From Cirrosporium novae-zelandiae (taxonomy: Eukaryota), in the NCBI GenBank assembly GCA_026023565.1, contig JAPETS010000011.1, forward strand, positions 186,001-250,000: a stretch of DNA of 64,000 nt. Reading direction: 5' to 3'. Every line of letters begins with the position of its first letter. Within the stretch, counting starts at the first letter, position 1. The position numbers and the translations under genes are program-made. A model generated the notes under the pieces. The model saw only the letters and a list, made by a program, of their open reading frames with translations. It was not told the origin of the DNA and searched no databases. Of this stretch, positions 42,901 to 56,100 are shown piece by piece.

Positions 42901-44226
42901 AATTTAGCGATTTTTGTTTTTAACGTTTCATTATTTATTTTAACGTTTTTTATTATATTTTTTATATATAAGATTTAATCCGTTAATCCGGCCAAAATAT
43001 CTGAAATAGAAAAACGTTCTCGAGATTTATTATTCGAAACTGGGGGACTACCCCGATTATTAGGTATAAAATCCTACTGGAAATTATATATAATAAAACT
43101 ATTAGATTCAGATATTAGAAACGTATTTAAAAAAATAGAAAATACCGGTTTTAACGGCTATAATTAAGAAACTAAAATAAATCGTTAATTTTAATTAAAT
43201 TGCTCGATATATCGAAATAACCCAATAAAAATATTATTTTAATCGGTCGAATTATTAATTATTTCGTTAACAACCGGAATCGTTAAACGGTTTAATACCG
43301 GCGATTTTTAAAAAAAAAATAAAAAAAAAAAACGTTACTAAAATATATTAAATTTATTCTAATATTAAAATAAAATACGGTAAATTTATATATTATTATC
43401 AAAATTAAAAATATATTTATTAAACGTAGCCTAATTTTTAATTTGAAAATTTTTTATTATCGTTTTAATTGATTTTTTTATAATTACGTTCGGGTTAGAA
43501 AAAAAATTATTTTTAGCGATTATTCTCGCGGCCGGCTGAAATTTATATATTTATTGAGGTACGTTTTGCGTATTAATAAAAAAAAAATTTTCGTTAATAA
43601 ATTTAATAAATTAATAAACGGTTTAAATTATTTTATATAAAAATAATAGAAGAAAACGTCCTTAAATTATTTAACGAAATATTAAAAAAAAAAAATATAT
43701 AATCGATAAAAAATAAAATAATAAAAAAAAAAAAATTTATAAATTAAAAAAATAAATATTTAAAAAATAAAATAAAAAAAAAAAAATTTATAAATTTAGA
43801 AAATAAATATCTAAATAGAAAAATTTTAAAAAAAAATATTTAAATTAATTAGCAAAACGCTAGGAAACTAAAAATTTATATATTTAAATAAGAAATTTTA
43901 TCACTCGAGTCGAGCGTAAAAAATTTTCAAAATTGAAAACTCTAAATAGGGAAAATTCTGAATATATTTCCGATTTTTAGGAATTCCTCACTTCTATTAA
44001 GAAAATATTAAAAAAATTAAAATTTACCCGAAAAAATAATAGAGTTAAGAAAATAATAAAAATAAATAAAAAAACGCGGAGAAAAAAATAGAAATTAAAA
44101 AATATTTATTTTTAATAGAATTGATTTCAGATTAATTCTTAAAAATAATAAAATCTGGTGATAAAAATAAATTTTCTAATAAATCGGCGAAATTCTGATA
44201 ATTAAAATAATTTTTGATCGAATTTA

Positions 44227-44238
44227 GTTCTGCTACTA
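44227..44238 (-). promoter_or_regulatory. Putative primer-binding site of G1 (initiator tRNA-Met-like)
   Basis: Minus strand reads TAGTAGCAGAAC two nt after the 5' LTR. Undoing two G>A changes gives TGGTAGCAGAGC, resembling the complement of an initiator tRNA-Met 3' end. Depends on de-RIP inference. Confidence 0.45.
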
Positions 44239-44240
44239 TT

Positions 44241-44391
44241 TATTAGGGGATTTTAAATTATATAATATCTAAAATTCTGATTTAAATAATATTTAGGTTA
44301 ATTAATTGTCTAGGCTAGAAAAGAGGCTCACTTTATAAAGTGAGCCTAGGGTCTATACCCTAATAGTCTAACCTAAAAGGGAACCGTAACA
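44241..44391 (-). repeat. G1b 5' LTR
   Basis: tattagggga...gggaaccgtaaca. Confidence 0.9.
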
Positions 44392-45536
44392 AATATTTAA
44401 TATTATATTTATAAAATATATATAGATTTTTTATATAATCGTTATTATTAAAATTATTTTATAAATTATAATTATTAATTTCGTAAATTTATTTAATAAT
44501 TTTTGAAATTTTATTTAATATTTAATTTATTTTTTTTATTAGATTTTATAATCGTATATATAAATTAATATTATAATCGTTACGATTATTTAGCGCGCAA
44601 ATTTTATAAATAATCCGTTTTAATAATATATATATTTAATTACGTTTTCCGCGTATTTAATTTTAATTAAACGCTGGATATAATAAATTTAAAAATTAAA
44701 TTTCAGATTTAATTATATATTTAATTACCGTATATAATTTTTTTTATATCCGATTAAATAATTATCGATCTTAATTTTCGATTTAATATTTATTTAAATT
44801 TAATATTTTCGTAATTTAGAAAAAATTATAATTTTAATTTTTTAAATATCGAATTTTAATTTATGTATTTTTTATTAAATCGCCGTTTTCATTATTTATT
44901 AAATACTTTTCCGGGTTTATTTATTATTTATATAGATAGTCGAAAAATTTATATCGTTCACGAATAATAGGGCTTTAATTCCAGGAATTATTTATTCTAC
45001 GGCTGCGAATAGCCCGCCGCAATATATCAGGAATAATATTAGGGATACAGGCGACCTTTACGGCACCCCCGTTTCTATACTGACTCGGGGTTGTATCTCT
45101 CCGTCGATCACCAATTCGACACTTCGTTGGGCTGTAAAACTGGCTACCCACCTAATAATATCCCCATCGATTTTTAACTGTTCTAGGCGTTGTATCAATC
45201 TGAAAAATAAAATATATAATAATAATATTAATATTATAATATATTAAATTACGAGATTTACGTTTTTCGTAATATTTATTATTATTTAATTTATATTATT
45301 TATTAATATAATAATTTGATATTATTATTATTATTTTTTATTTTTATTTTACCGTTATAATTATATATTGATATAATACCCGGGGATCTGTATATTATAG
45401 ATTCCGTTTAACAAATTATAAATTTGGCTAAATTCTTTTATACGTATCGCAAAAAATAGTTTATCGTATATACGATAATAAACATGATTATCTTATATAG
45501 AGATTTAAAATTGAATCTTTTTAAAAAAAAAGCAAT

Positions 45537-45789
45537 TATAACGTCGTGCTAAATATATACGTTTTATAAACGTATAAACGAGATTTGGCGCGTAATTAAA
45601 TTTTTATATAGAAAAACGTTATTTGATTTATTAAAGCAGCGTTCGATTTTTGTATTTATAAAAAGAATATTTCGAAAACTATCATCATTACTTGCGTCTT
45701 GTATACGAATAGCACGTTATACCTATTAGTTATATATTCTATTGCCTCACTAGTCTACCACACTGCCTGTACTAAGCGCTGCCTTCACA
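45537..45789 (+). repeat. G2 3' LTR
   Basis: tataacgtcgtgc...gcgctgccttcaca, preceded by a purine tract and followed by TSD CAAAT. Confidence 0.85.
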
Positions 45790-48700
45790 CAAATATTCTA
45801 CGCCGAAAATTTAATTCTAAATCAAAAAATTGGTAATTATCCGAATTAACTGAATTATGGCAAAACTTTTCAAAAATTCAATATAAAATTTATCGATACC
45901 CAATTTTTGAAAATCGTGAAGCTGCTAATTTATTAAAGAATTAATATTTTAATAAAATTAAATAAACTTAATTCAAAAAATAGAACGATTTCCTAAAAAA
46001 TACAAATTCTAAAAAGATTTCCCAAACCTATAATTTTATAAAAATCCAAAAAATTGAAAAAATGCCCCCAATTCATTATAAATCAAAAAATAATAAAAAT
46101 AAAATTGCAATAAATTTCCAGAATAAATACGAAACGTTTATAGAAACTTTATTTCCTAAACCGCCCGAAATAGCCCCCCTAAATTGAAATAAATTTCAAT
46201 TAAATCCAAAATAGGAATAGCCTGAACTTACTGATTTAGAAATCAATCAAATACTTGACCAAAACTTTCCTAAAAAAACTGCGGGGGTCGACGAAATTAG
46301 TTTTCTAATTATTCAAAAAATCTATAAAATTATTCCTAAAATATTTAAAATTTTATTAAATAATAGATATTATTCTAATAAATGGCGCACCGCAATCGGG
46401 CTTATTTTAAAAAAAAACCAGTCTATTCAAAAAAGCGTGATTATTTAAAACCAAAATTTTATAGAATTATTTCTTTATTAAATTGCCTAGGCAAAATTAA
46501 TAAAAAAATAATAGTAAACCGCCTAGGATTTTTGGCCGAAACCACCGATTTATTGAATAATTCCTAAATTGGCGGCCGATTACATGATCATGATGATTAT
46601 TCATTGTTTTATGTCCATATATCGTTTAGAAACTATGACGGATTCTATTCGGGGGCTTTTAGGCCCCTTTATATCCCTTTTCGGGCTTATTTTTAACTAC
46701 GATGGTAGAGATTACCCCCTTGATTCGGCTATATAGCTTCCCCCCTTTTTTTGGGTTTCCTAGAATTATCTGATTTATTTAACCGGATAGTTTTTTAGCG
46801 CTATTTCGGTGTTCGTAATTTATAAATAGATTTATTCGTATCTATTTCCGATTTTTTCAGTTCTTATTTACGTATACGTTTATCCCGTGTACCTATTACG
46901 GGTCTAACTTTTATTTAATATTTACGTTTGGATCGTTTTCTTTCCCGTGTCCGGGTTCTACGTATTCTTAATCTAAGTACGTTTTACGATTTTCTGTTTC
47001 GTATTTAATTTAGGATTAGGGTTTCTTTATTTCCGTAATATTTAAAAAATATATCTAATTTTTAGAGAATTTTCGGTTTTTTAATACGAATATTAGTTTT
47101 TTTTTTTCGATTATACTAGATTATTAGCTTTTTTATTTTTTTATTATTTCCCGTATCCGGGTTTTAATCGTTTTTTAGCGCGAATATATTAATATTAAAT
47201 AAAAAATATTTTAATATAAAACCCCGTATTATTAATATTCTAAAATAATAATAATTTTTATACGATATATATATTTTCCGGTAACGGCGTATCCCGTTTT
47301 TATTTAATAAAATCTATTTATTAATTTTTTAAACGTATTTTTTAATACCCGATTTTTTTTATATTTCGGGTATATTCGATATAATTTATTAAATAATTTT
47401 TTTATTTTTTAATTATATAATTAATTATATATTTTTATAATCCGTTTTTTCGTTATATTACGGGTTATATAAATTAATAAAATTTATTCGATTATTTTAT
47501 TATTTTTTAACGCCGCGTTTATTTTAATTATTTAATTTATTATTTCGTTTTTTAATATTTTATAATATTCTAAAATTTATTTAATAACGATTTTCGTTTT
47601 TTGATCGATTAAATATTTAGTATACGTATATATTTTTTATACGATCGTTTAATTTTTTTTTAATTTTTTTTTTTTGATCCGTCTGATAGCCGTTTGCGAA
47701 TTAAATAATATTATTATTTTTTTTTTAGGGGTTTTATAATTATTTAAATACGTTTTAACCGTTATTTATAAGACCGTTTACGCCCCCCAATATTTTATAT
47801 CGAATATTTTTTTATTTTAATTTAAATAATATTTCCGTATTATTTATAAAATTTTTTTAATTATTTTTTAAATTATTTTTATTTTTGTTTTACGATTTTC
47901 TAATTTAAATTCGTCCGATTAATATACGTTTTTCCAGTTTTCCGTTAATATTTCGCTCAAAATTTATTATTTTAAAAATATTATTATTTTTTTCGATTAT
48001 TTAAATTTTTTCGATTTTAAAATTCGGATTTATTATTTTTCAGATTATTATTATAATTAAATATTAATTTAATATATTTTTTTTAATTTTTTAAATTTAT
48101 TAAAAATTTTTTAGTTATTATTTTTTTAATTAAATATTTATATTTTTTATTTTGAATATTATCGGTAATATTAGATTCGTTAAATTTTTTTCGATTTTTT
48201 AAAAATACCGAAATTTATATTTTTTTTATATTATATTTAATATTACGTTTATAAAATATATATAAATTTTTTATATAATTATTATTATTAGGATTATTTT
48301 ATAAACCCCCGTTATTAATTTAATAAATTTATTTAATAATTTTTGAAATTCTATCTAATAACCGGTTTATTCTTTCCACCAAATTTTATATCCGTATATA
48401 TAAATTAATATTATAATCGTTACGACTATTTAGCGCGTAAACCCCGTAAATAGCCCGTTTCGGTGGTATATATATTTAACTGCGTTTTCCGTACGTCGGG
48501 TTTTAGCTAACCGTTGGGCGTAATAGATTTAAAAATTAAATTTCGGGTTTAATTATATATTTAATTATCGTACGTAATTTTTTTTTTATTCGATTAAATA
48601 ATTATCGATTCTAATTTTCGGTTTAATATTTATTTAAATTTAGTATTTACGTAATCTAAAAAAAATTATAATTTCAGTTTTTTAGACGTCGAATTTTAGT

Positions 48701-50760
48701 CTATTTTTTTTTTTTATTGGACCGCTATTTTTATTATTTATTAAATAATTTTCCGGACCTATTTATTATTTATATAAATAATCGAGAAATTTACGTCGTC
48801 CACGAATAATAAAGTTTTAATTTTAAAAACCGTCTATTTTACGGCTGCGAATAGCCCGCTGCAATATATTAAAAATAATATTGGGGATATAAATAATTTT
48901 TACGGTACCCCCGTTTTTATATTGATTCGGGGTTGTATTTCTCCGTCGATTATTAATTTAATATTTCGTTAAATTATAAAATTAGTTATTTATTTAATAA
49001 TATTTTTATTAATTTTTAATTATTTTAAATATTATATTAATTTAGATTATAATATATAATTAAATATTTTTTTAATATTTATTAATAAAATATAAATTAT
49101 TTATTTTCGATTAAATTTTTTTTTTATTTAATATATTAAATATATAAACGTATCGATTACGTTTCGATTATATTTCGATTTAAATTAATTTTTATATAAT
49201 TTATTTAGATTTTCGTATATATTTATTAATATATTAATTATTATTTTTTCGATTATTTTATTTAAATAATATAATAAATTTATTATTTTATAATTTTTAA
49301 TTAATATTTTATCGGTTTTTCCGGATTTAAATAATAATATTTTTTAAATATATTTTTATTACGTCGAATAATATTTTAATCAGAAATAATATCGGATTAT
49401 TTCCGTTATTTTATAAAAATTCTATTATTATAATATACGGAACGTTTTAAATTAAATTCCGTTATTTTTTAGAATTTTATTCGTATTTTATACGTATAAC
49501 GTTTTCCGTATTATTTTTTTAAATAATTATTAAACGAATATTTTTTTTATTAAAAACCGAGATTCGGAATTTTCTAAAAATAGCGGGAAAATTCGTTCCT
49601 ATATAAAATTTTTTTTATTTTTAATTTCTACCGCTATTCTCCCGTTTTTTATACGGAACGCCGGTATCGGATCTTAATTTTAGAATTTATAATATTTTAA
49701 TATTTTTTATTCTCGTTAAATATTTTCGGGGTTTAAAAATTTATTTAAATCGTTTTTTTTTATATATATTTAAAAAAAAATAATTTATTTATTTTTTTTT
49801 TTAATTTTAATTAATTTTATAAATTTTTTAAATATTATTTTAATTTTTTCGTAGATCCGGCGTTTTTATTTCGTTTTTTTAAACGTTATATAATATTCGT
49901 ATTTTTTGGCGGTGTATTCGGGGTCCTATTAAATTTTCGACCAAACGTATATCCGTTTAGGTTTTACGTATTTATTTAGAATAATTTTTAATTGGATAAT
50001 AATCTTTTATATTTCGTTTTTTAACTACGTTTCTATATAATTTACGGTTAATATATTTTTCGTAATTAATTAGAATTCTTATTTTTATTTCGTTTTAATT
50101 TGTTATTAAAAATTTTCCAGCGGTTTTAAATTCTACGAATTCGGGATTGATTAGTCTATTTTTGGGCGGTAATCCCTTTATTCGAATTAAATAAAAGCGT
50201 GATCTGAATTAATTTTTAATTTATTATTTGTATTATCGGTTACCGCGTCTATTAATTATTTTTAAAACGGTTTTATCGCGGAATTAATTATTATCAAATC
50301 AATTATTGAATAACGAGCCGATTTCTTTCCGAACCCGATATTCTGGGCGGTGTCGTTTTATATTATTAAGCCCTATTTTTCTATAAACGTTATTAAAAAC
50401 GCGTCGTCTACGTAAATAATCCGTTCGGGCTCCTATATTAGATTATAGATATTAAAATCTTTTACTAATATTATTTTACTACTATTAAAAATAGGTTTTT
50501 ATTCCACGTTCTATAAGATTTTTCTAGATTTTTGCTATCGGCCTTGTTCCTAGGGATATACGCCCTTCAATTTTTGGTCGTAGACGTTGACTATCCTGAC
50601 CGGGTTTTCTGTTTCCCCGCCTGCGTTTATCATGCTGATATCCAGCGCTACGAAATAGGGGTGGTTAACCAGGTCGGTCCTTGCGGTTACCCTAAAAACG
50701 ACGTTTTTTCGATCTCTGCGTGTAGCAGTAACCGTTCTTGCGGCTTTATACCCCGCCTAG

Positions 50761-51570
50761 TCAACGTCTTCATTCGTCTATTCTAGGGATACACCTTAAG
50801 CTTGGTAATTATATCCAAACCGACTACCGCGTCTGTCCTCTCGAGCCAAGTTACCCATATTGTCATCTCACTCCCTAAGCCCTAGTTCTTCCTGATCCAA
50901 GCCCTAATCCTAGCCCCCTAATCCCCCCTAGACCTAGTCCCTAGACCCTAGTCTAACCCCTAGTACTAGCCCCCTGGACCCTGATTTCCTAACGCCTCGG
51001 GGACCTCGAGTCGACCCTCAGTAGTTCCTTGCTACGGCCCGTCAATCCAGCTGATTGATTTCCCATTGCCGCTAACCCTTTTAGGCTAGAAGCCGTCGTA
51101 GTCTTGCCCTATATATAGGACTAACCGCCTGTCTCAATTCTAGGGCTAAAATCCGGGCGCAGGGATACCCGGAAAGCAGCCCTTTCTAGAATTTTGACTT
51201 GACAAGGCTAGGGGTGTCCTGTCAATGTGGGATATAGGGCCTAAACCCTAATTCCTATATTGTCGGATAGTTTTTAAAGCGATTCCCCTATTTAGAATTA
51301 TTCATGAAATCCAATTTCTAGGGTTAACCCTAGGGTCTAGGCCCTAGAATCGCACTTTCGAAATTAGATTTCCCCGGAATTAGCTGACTAATTGTCCGTA
51401 CAATAGCCTGTTTACGACTGTTATGTTGTCGAGGATAAGAAATTATAAAATCACGTGATTTTATAATTGTGAAAGTGGCGGGAATTGAACCCACGAGCAC
51501 TATTATGCCAAGACAAGCCCGGAATAACGTTGCTCCCTAATGGTGCCTTATACCTCTACACCACTCACCC
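50761..51570 (-). mobile_element. Candidate tRNA-derived SINE or SINE fragment (~810 bp)
   Basis: GC-richer, unique in this window, absent from other LINE A copies. Its minus-strand 5' end carries A and B boxes. No tail or TSD seen. Confidence 0.55.
51470..51569 (-). pseudogene. Degenerate tRNA-like sequence (tRNA-Leu-like D and T arms) with internal Pol III promoter
   Basis: Minus strand GGTGAGTGGTGTAGAGGTATAAGGCACC...CGTGGGTTCAATTCCCGCCACTTTCA. A box TGGTGTAGAGG (51553-51563), B box GGTTCAATTCC (51481-51491), T stem GTGGG/CCCGC. Acceptor and anticodon stems pair poorly. Confidence 0.65.
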
Positions 51571-53110
51571 CCTTTTATTTTTCGTATATTATAAGCGGGA
51601 GCCCTATTTTAACCGAGATAATATATTTTTCTAATATAAACCCAGTTCGTACCCGTTTTTAGCGGTATTTCTCCGGTGTCACTTATACGATTACCGTATT
51701 TCGGAATAATTAATAAATATTTTCTAGGTTTTTTTTTATTAAATTTAGCCTATCTGGACCCCCAAATATTTCTAGGGGTACCCCCTATATTTTTGCCCAA
51801 TACAAAGTTTCTAATAAACGTATATTTATTATCGCGTTATTTATTTTCGCTACGGCCCCTAAAATCTTTTATTTATATTTAGATATTAATATATTTATAT
51901 TAGTTTTTTTATTGAGCGTAGTTTTTAGATTATTTTTTTTATTAATATAGATTTCCCGTATCTATAATTTAAACGGTACGTTTAAATTAATTAATTTGGC
52001 GTTGATCGCCGCTACTACTGATACCGTAGGGCCCGAATATTCGGTCTTCTCTCTATTAAAAATCAGTATTTTCTGATTTTCAATTTTTGTATCCCCGCCT
52101 ACGGAACCAATACGTTCTTTTCTACGGGGTTTAATTATTTATTATTTTCTATTAGATTTATCTGCTATTCTACTGGCTATTTTAGTATAAATAAACCCCG
52201 TAACCGGCGTTATTTTTATAGAAACCTGTTTCGGGGCCTTCGGTACCAATAATAGGGCCTCCTATCTGGCTATTTTTGCCGTCTATTAAGGGCTTTTCTA
52301 GGTTTTTTTATCCGCCTATATTGTTGTCCGCGTATTAGGTGCCTACGATCCGGCTATTATACCCACTCGGGGCATTATTAGGGGGAGTACTACCCTTTTT
52401 TTTTTTATTGCCCGTTCGGGCCTAATTACCGGGGTCATATAACCCCTATTTATAGAATTTTCCGCCCCGTTATATATAATTTTTGCGGCCTTTACCCGGA
52501 TTTATAATACCTGGATTATTATTATAATTATTTTTTTAATTATTAGAAATTTTTATTCAGTCGCGTATAATTTTTTTTAATTTTTTTTTTGGATTTTTAT
52601 AATTTTATTGTTTCGTTTTTTCAGAGCGATTATTCGGATTTTTAGACCGAAAAATATTTTTCGTAATTATATCGTAAAATCGTCGGTTTTTAGAATCTAA
52701 TATATTTTTTTCCCGATTGCGGGAAATATACGTATTATTATATATTTAGTCGTTTACTCGATTAAAATATCCCGGTTATTAATCTATTTTTTTTTGGGGG
52801 TTTTTTTTTTTAGTAAGATTTTTCGACGATATTTCTTTGTCTGATCGTTTTTCTTTTAGAATAGGGATCGTAATACCGAATCGTTAGATTTTATTGTAAA
52901 ATTTTGCTCCGGTTCGTTTAATTCGTTTTTTAGGCGCTGTCGCTTTTTCGTATCCGTCTGGTTCTCGCTGACGATACGCACTCGCCCAGCCCCCGATATC
53001 TCCCTATTATTATTAGATTTTATAGGCCTTAGATAAGCGTTAACTGTTTTGTATAACGGTCATCACAATAATGAATTGATTTGGTAGCGCGGGGTCACCA
53101 AAAAGCGTTT

Positions 53111-56100
53111 TTTTTAGATTATCGTTATAATTAAATATTAATTTAATATTATATTTCTAAAATATATATAAATTTTTTATATAATCGTTATTATTAAAAT
53201 TATTTTATAAATTTTTATTATTAATTTAATAAATTTATTCAATAATTTTTAAAATTTTATTTAATAATCAATTTATTGTTTTTATTAAATTTTATATTTA
53301 TATATATAAATTAATATTATAATTATTATAATTATTTAATATATAAATTTTATAAATAATCCGTTTCGGTAATATATATATTTAATTATTTTTTTCGTAT
53401 ATTTAATTTTAATTAAATATTAAACGTAATAAATTTTAAAATTAAATTTCGGATTTAATTATATATTTAATTACCGTATATAATTTTTTTTATATTTAAT
53501 CGGGTAATTATTAATTTTAATTATCGATTTAATATTTATTTAAATTTAATATTTACGTAATTTAAAAAAAATTATAATCTTAATTTTTTAAATATCGAAT
53601 TTTAATTTATTTAATTTTTTTTATTAAACCGCTGTTTTTATTATTTATTAAATAATTTTTCGGATTTATTTATTATTTATATAGATTATTAAGAAATTTA
53701 TATCGTCTATAAATAATAGAATTTTGATTTTAAAAATGATTTATTTTATAATTACGAATAACCCGCTGTAATCTATTAGAAATAATATTAGAAATATAAA
53801 CGATTTTTATAATATTTTTATTTAAATTAATTTTTATATAATTTATTTAAATTTTTATATATATTCGTTAACGTATTAATTATAATTTTTTCGATTATTT
53901 TATTTAAATAATATAATAAATTTATTATTTTATAATTTTTAATTAATATTTTATCGGTTTTTTTAAATTTAAATAATAATATTTTTTAAATATATTTTTA
54001 TTATATTGAATAATATTTTAATCGAAAATAATATCGAATTATTTTTATTATTTTATTAGAATTTTATTATTATAATATATAAAACGTTTTAAATTAAATT
54101 TTATTATATTTTAAAATATTATTCGTATTTTATATATATAATATTTTCCGTACCGTTTTTTCGGATAATTATTAAACGAATATTTTTTTTATCAAAAATT
54201 AAAATTCGGGATTTTTTAAAAATAACGGAAAAATTCGTTTTTATATAAAAAATTTTTTATTTTTAATTTTTACCGTTATTCTCCCGTTTTTTATACGAAA
54301 CGCCAATATTAGATTTCGGTTTTAAAATTTATAATATTTTAATCTTTTTTATTTCCGTTAAATATTTTCGGGATTTAAAAATTTATTTAAATCGTTTTTT
54401 TTTATATATATTTAAAAAAAATCAATTTTTTTTTTTAATTTTAATTAATTTTATAAATTTTTCAAATATTATTTTAATTTTTTCGTAAATTCAATATTTT
54501 TATTTTTTTTAAATATTATATAATATTTATATTTTTTAATAATATATTCGGGATTTTATTAAATTTTATATATTTATTTAGAATAATTTTTTATATTTTA
54601 TTTTTTAATTACGATTCTGTATAATTTACGATTAACGTATTTTTCGTAATTAATTAAAATTTTTATTTTTATTTAATTTTAATTTATTATTAAAGGTTTT
54701 CTAATAATTTTAGATTTTATAAATTCGGGATTAATTAATTTATTTTTAAACGTTAATTTTTTTATTCGAATTAAATAAAAACGTAATTTAAATTAATTTT
54801 TCATTTATTATTTATATTATCGATTATTATATTTATTAATTATTTTTAAAATAATTCTATAACAGGATTAATTATTATTAAATTAATTATTAAATAATAA
54901 ACCGATTTTTTTTTAAATTAAATATTTTAAACGATATTATTTTATATAATTAAATTTTATTTTTTTATAAATATTATTAAAAACGTATCGTTTATATAAA
55001 TAATTTATTCGGGTTTTTATATTAAATTATAAATATTAAAATTCTTTATTAATATTATTTTATTTTTATTAAAAATAAATTTTTATTTTATATTTTATAA
55101 AATTTTTTTAAATTTTTATTATTAATTTTATTTTTAAAAATATATATTTTTTAATTTTTAATTATAAACGTTAATTATTTTAATTAGATTTTTTATTTTT
55201 TCGTTTATATTTATTTTGTTAATATCTAGCGTTACGAAATAAAAATAATTAATTAAATCGATTTTTACGATTATTTTAAATACGATATTTTTTCGATTTT
55301 TATATATAATAATAACCGTTTTTACGATTTTATTTTTTATTTAGATTTTTAATTTAAATTAATAAAAATTTTACGCTGAATATAATATTTTTTTGACGTT
55401 TTTTTTTTATATATTTTATTTCTGTTTTTTAAATCGTTAAATATTTTTTATTTATAATTATATAAAAATCTAAATAATTTATATATTTTAATAGGATATA
55501 TATATAAATTTTTATATATATGGATTTATATTCTATTATCCGATACCGGTAATTTTACGTTTCGTGTATTTCCGCGTATATCGTATATTTAAAAATTTTA
55601 TTTCTATATTCTAAGAATAATTTATATTTTAATTAAATGTATTTTAAATATATTTTATTTATTTTTAATATAAATTATCGGATATATCGAAATTTACGTT
55701 TTATTAAATAATAATTTTCGGTTTTTTATTTTTTATATATTATTAACGGGAGATTTATTTTAATTAAAATAATATATTTTTTCAATACGAATCCGGTTCG
55801 TATTCGTTTTTAATAATATTTTTCCGGCGTTATTTATACGATTACCGTATTTCGGGATAATAAATAAATATTTTTTAAATTATTTTTTATTAAATTTAAT
55901 TTTTTTAGATTTTTAAATATTTTTAAAAAAATTTTTTATATTTTTATTTAATATAAAATTTTTAATAAATATATATTTATTATCGTAATATTTATTTTTA
56001 TTACGATTTTTAGAATTTTTTATTTATATTTAAATTTTAATATATCCGTATTAATTTTTTTATTAAATATAGTTTTTAAATTATTTTTTTTATTAATATA

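Larger units (their letters stand above)
36770..44391 (-). mobile_element. Ty3/Gypsy LTR retrotransposon G1, copy b (more complete than copy a)
   Basis: LTRs 36770-36920 and 44241-44391, TSD AATAT (36765-36769/44392-44396). Reverse-complement homolog of 12439-19508, with extra segments at ~39935-40110, ~40325-40390 and ~42530-42665. Confidence 0.9.
35132..45204 (-). mobile_element. LINE family A (variant A') copy A7, 5'-truncated in RT, interrupted by G1b
   Basis: Tail gatgatgattattcattg at 35132; 16-bp TSD AAATAAAATATATAAT (35116-35131/45205-45220); well-preserved RT segment 44990-45200. Confidence 0.88.
29421..45789 (+). mobile_element. Ty3/Gypsy (chromovirus-like) LTR retrotransposon G2, interrupted by LINE A7
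   Basis: 253-bp LTRs 29421-29673 and 45537-45789 (TG...CA), TSD CAAAT (29416-29420/45790-45794). De-RIPped RT motif W.TAFRTRYGHFE.LVMPFGLTNAPATFQ at ~31800-31890, Y.DD ~31945, RNase H D(A)SG ~32314, chromodomain-like remnant ~33730-33850. Confidence 0.9.
46585..53110 (-). mobile_element. LINE family A copy A8, tail to 5' end, with ~700 bp replaced by a foreign insert
   Basis: Tail tgatcatgatgattattcattg at 46585; RT motif ~48793-48807; 5' motif cgcggggtcaccaaaaagcg at 53088-53107. Confidence 0.9.

Noticed and set aside
51470..51569. Functional tRNA gene
   Set aside because: Acceptor and anticodon stems do not pair convincingly and no anticodon can be assigned; kept only as a tRNA-like head.
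11046..51882. Short I/F/K/N/Y-rich ORFs in the track
   Set aside because: Chance frames or remnants within RIP-mutated retroelements.
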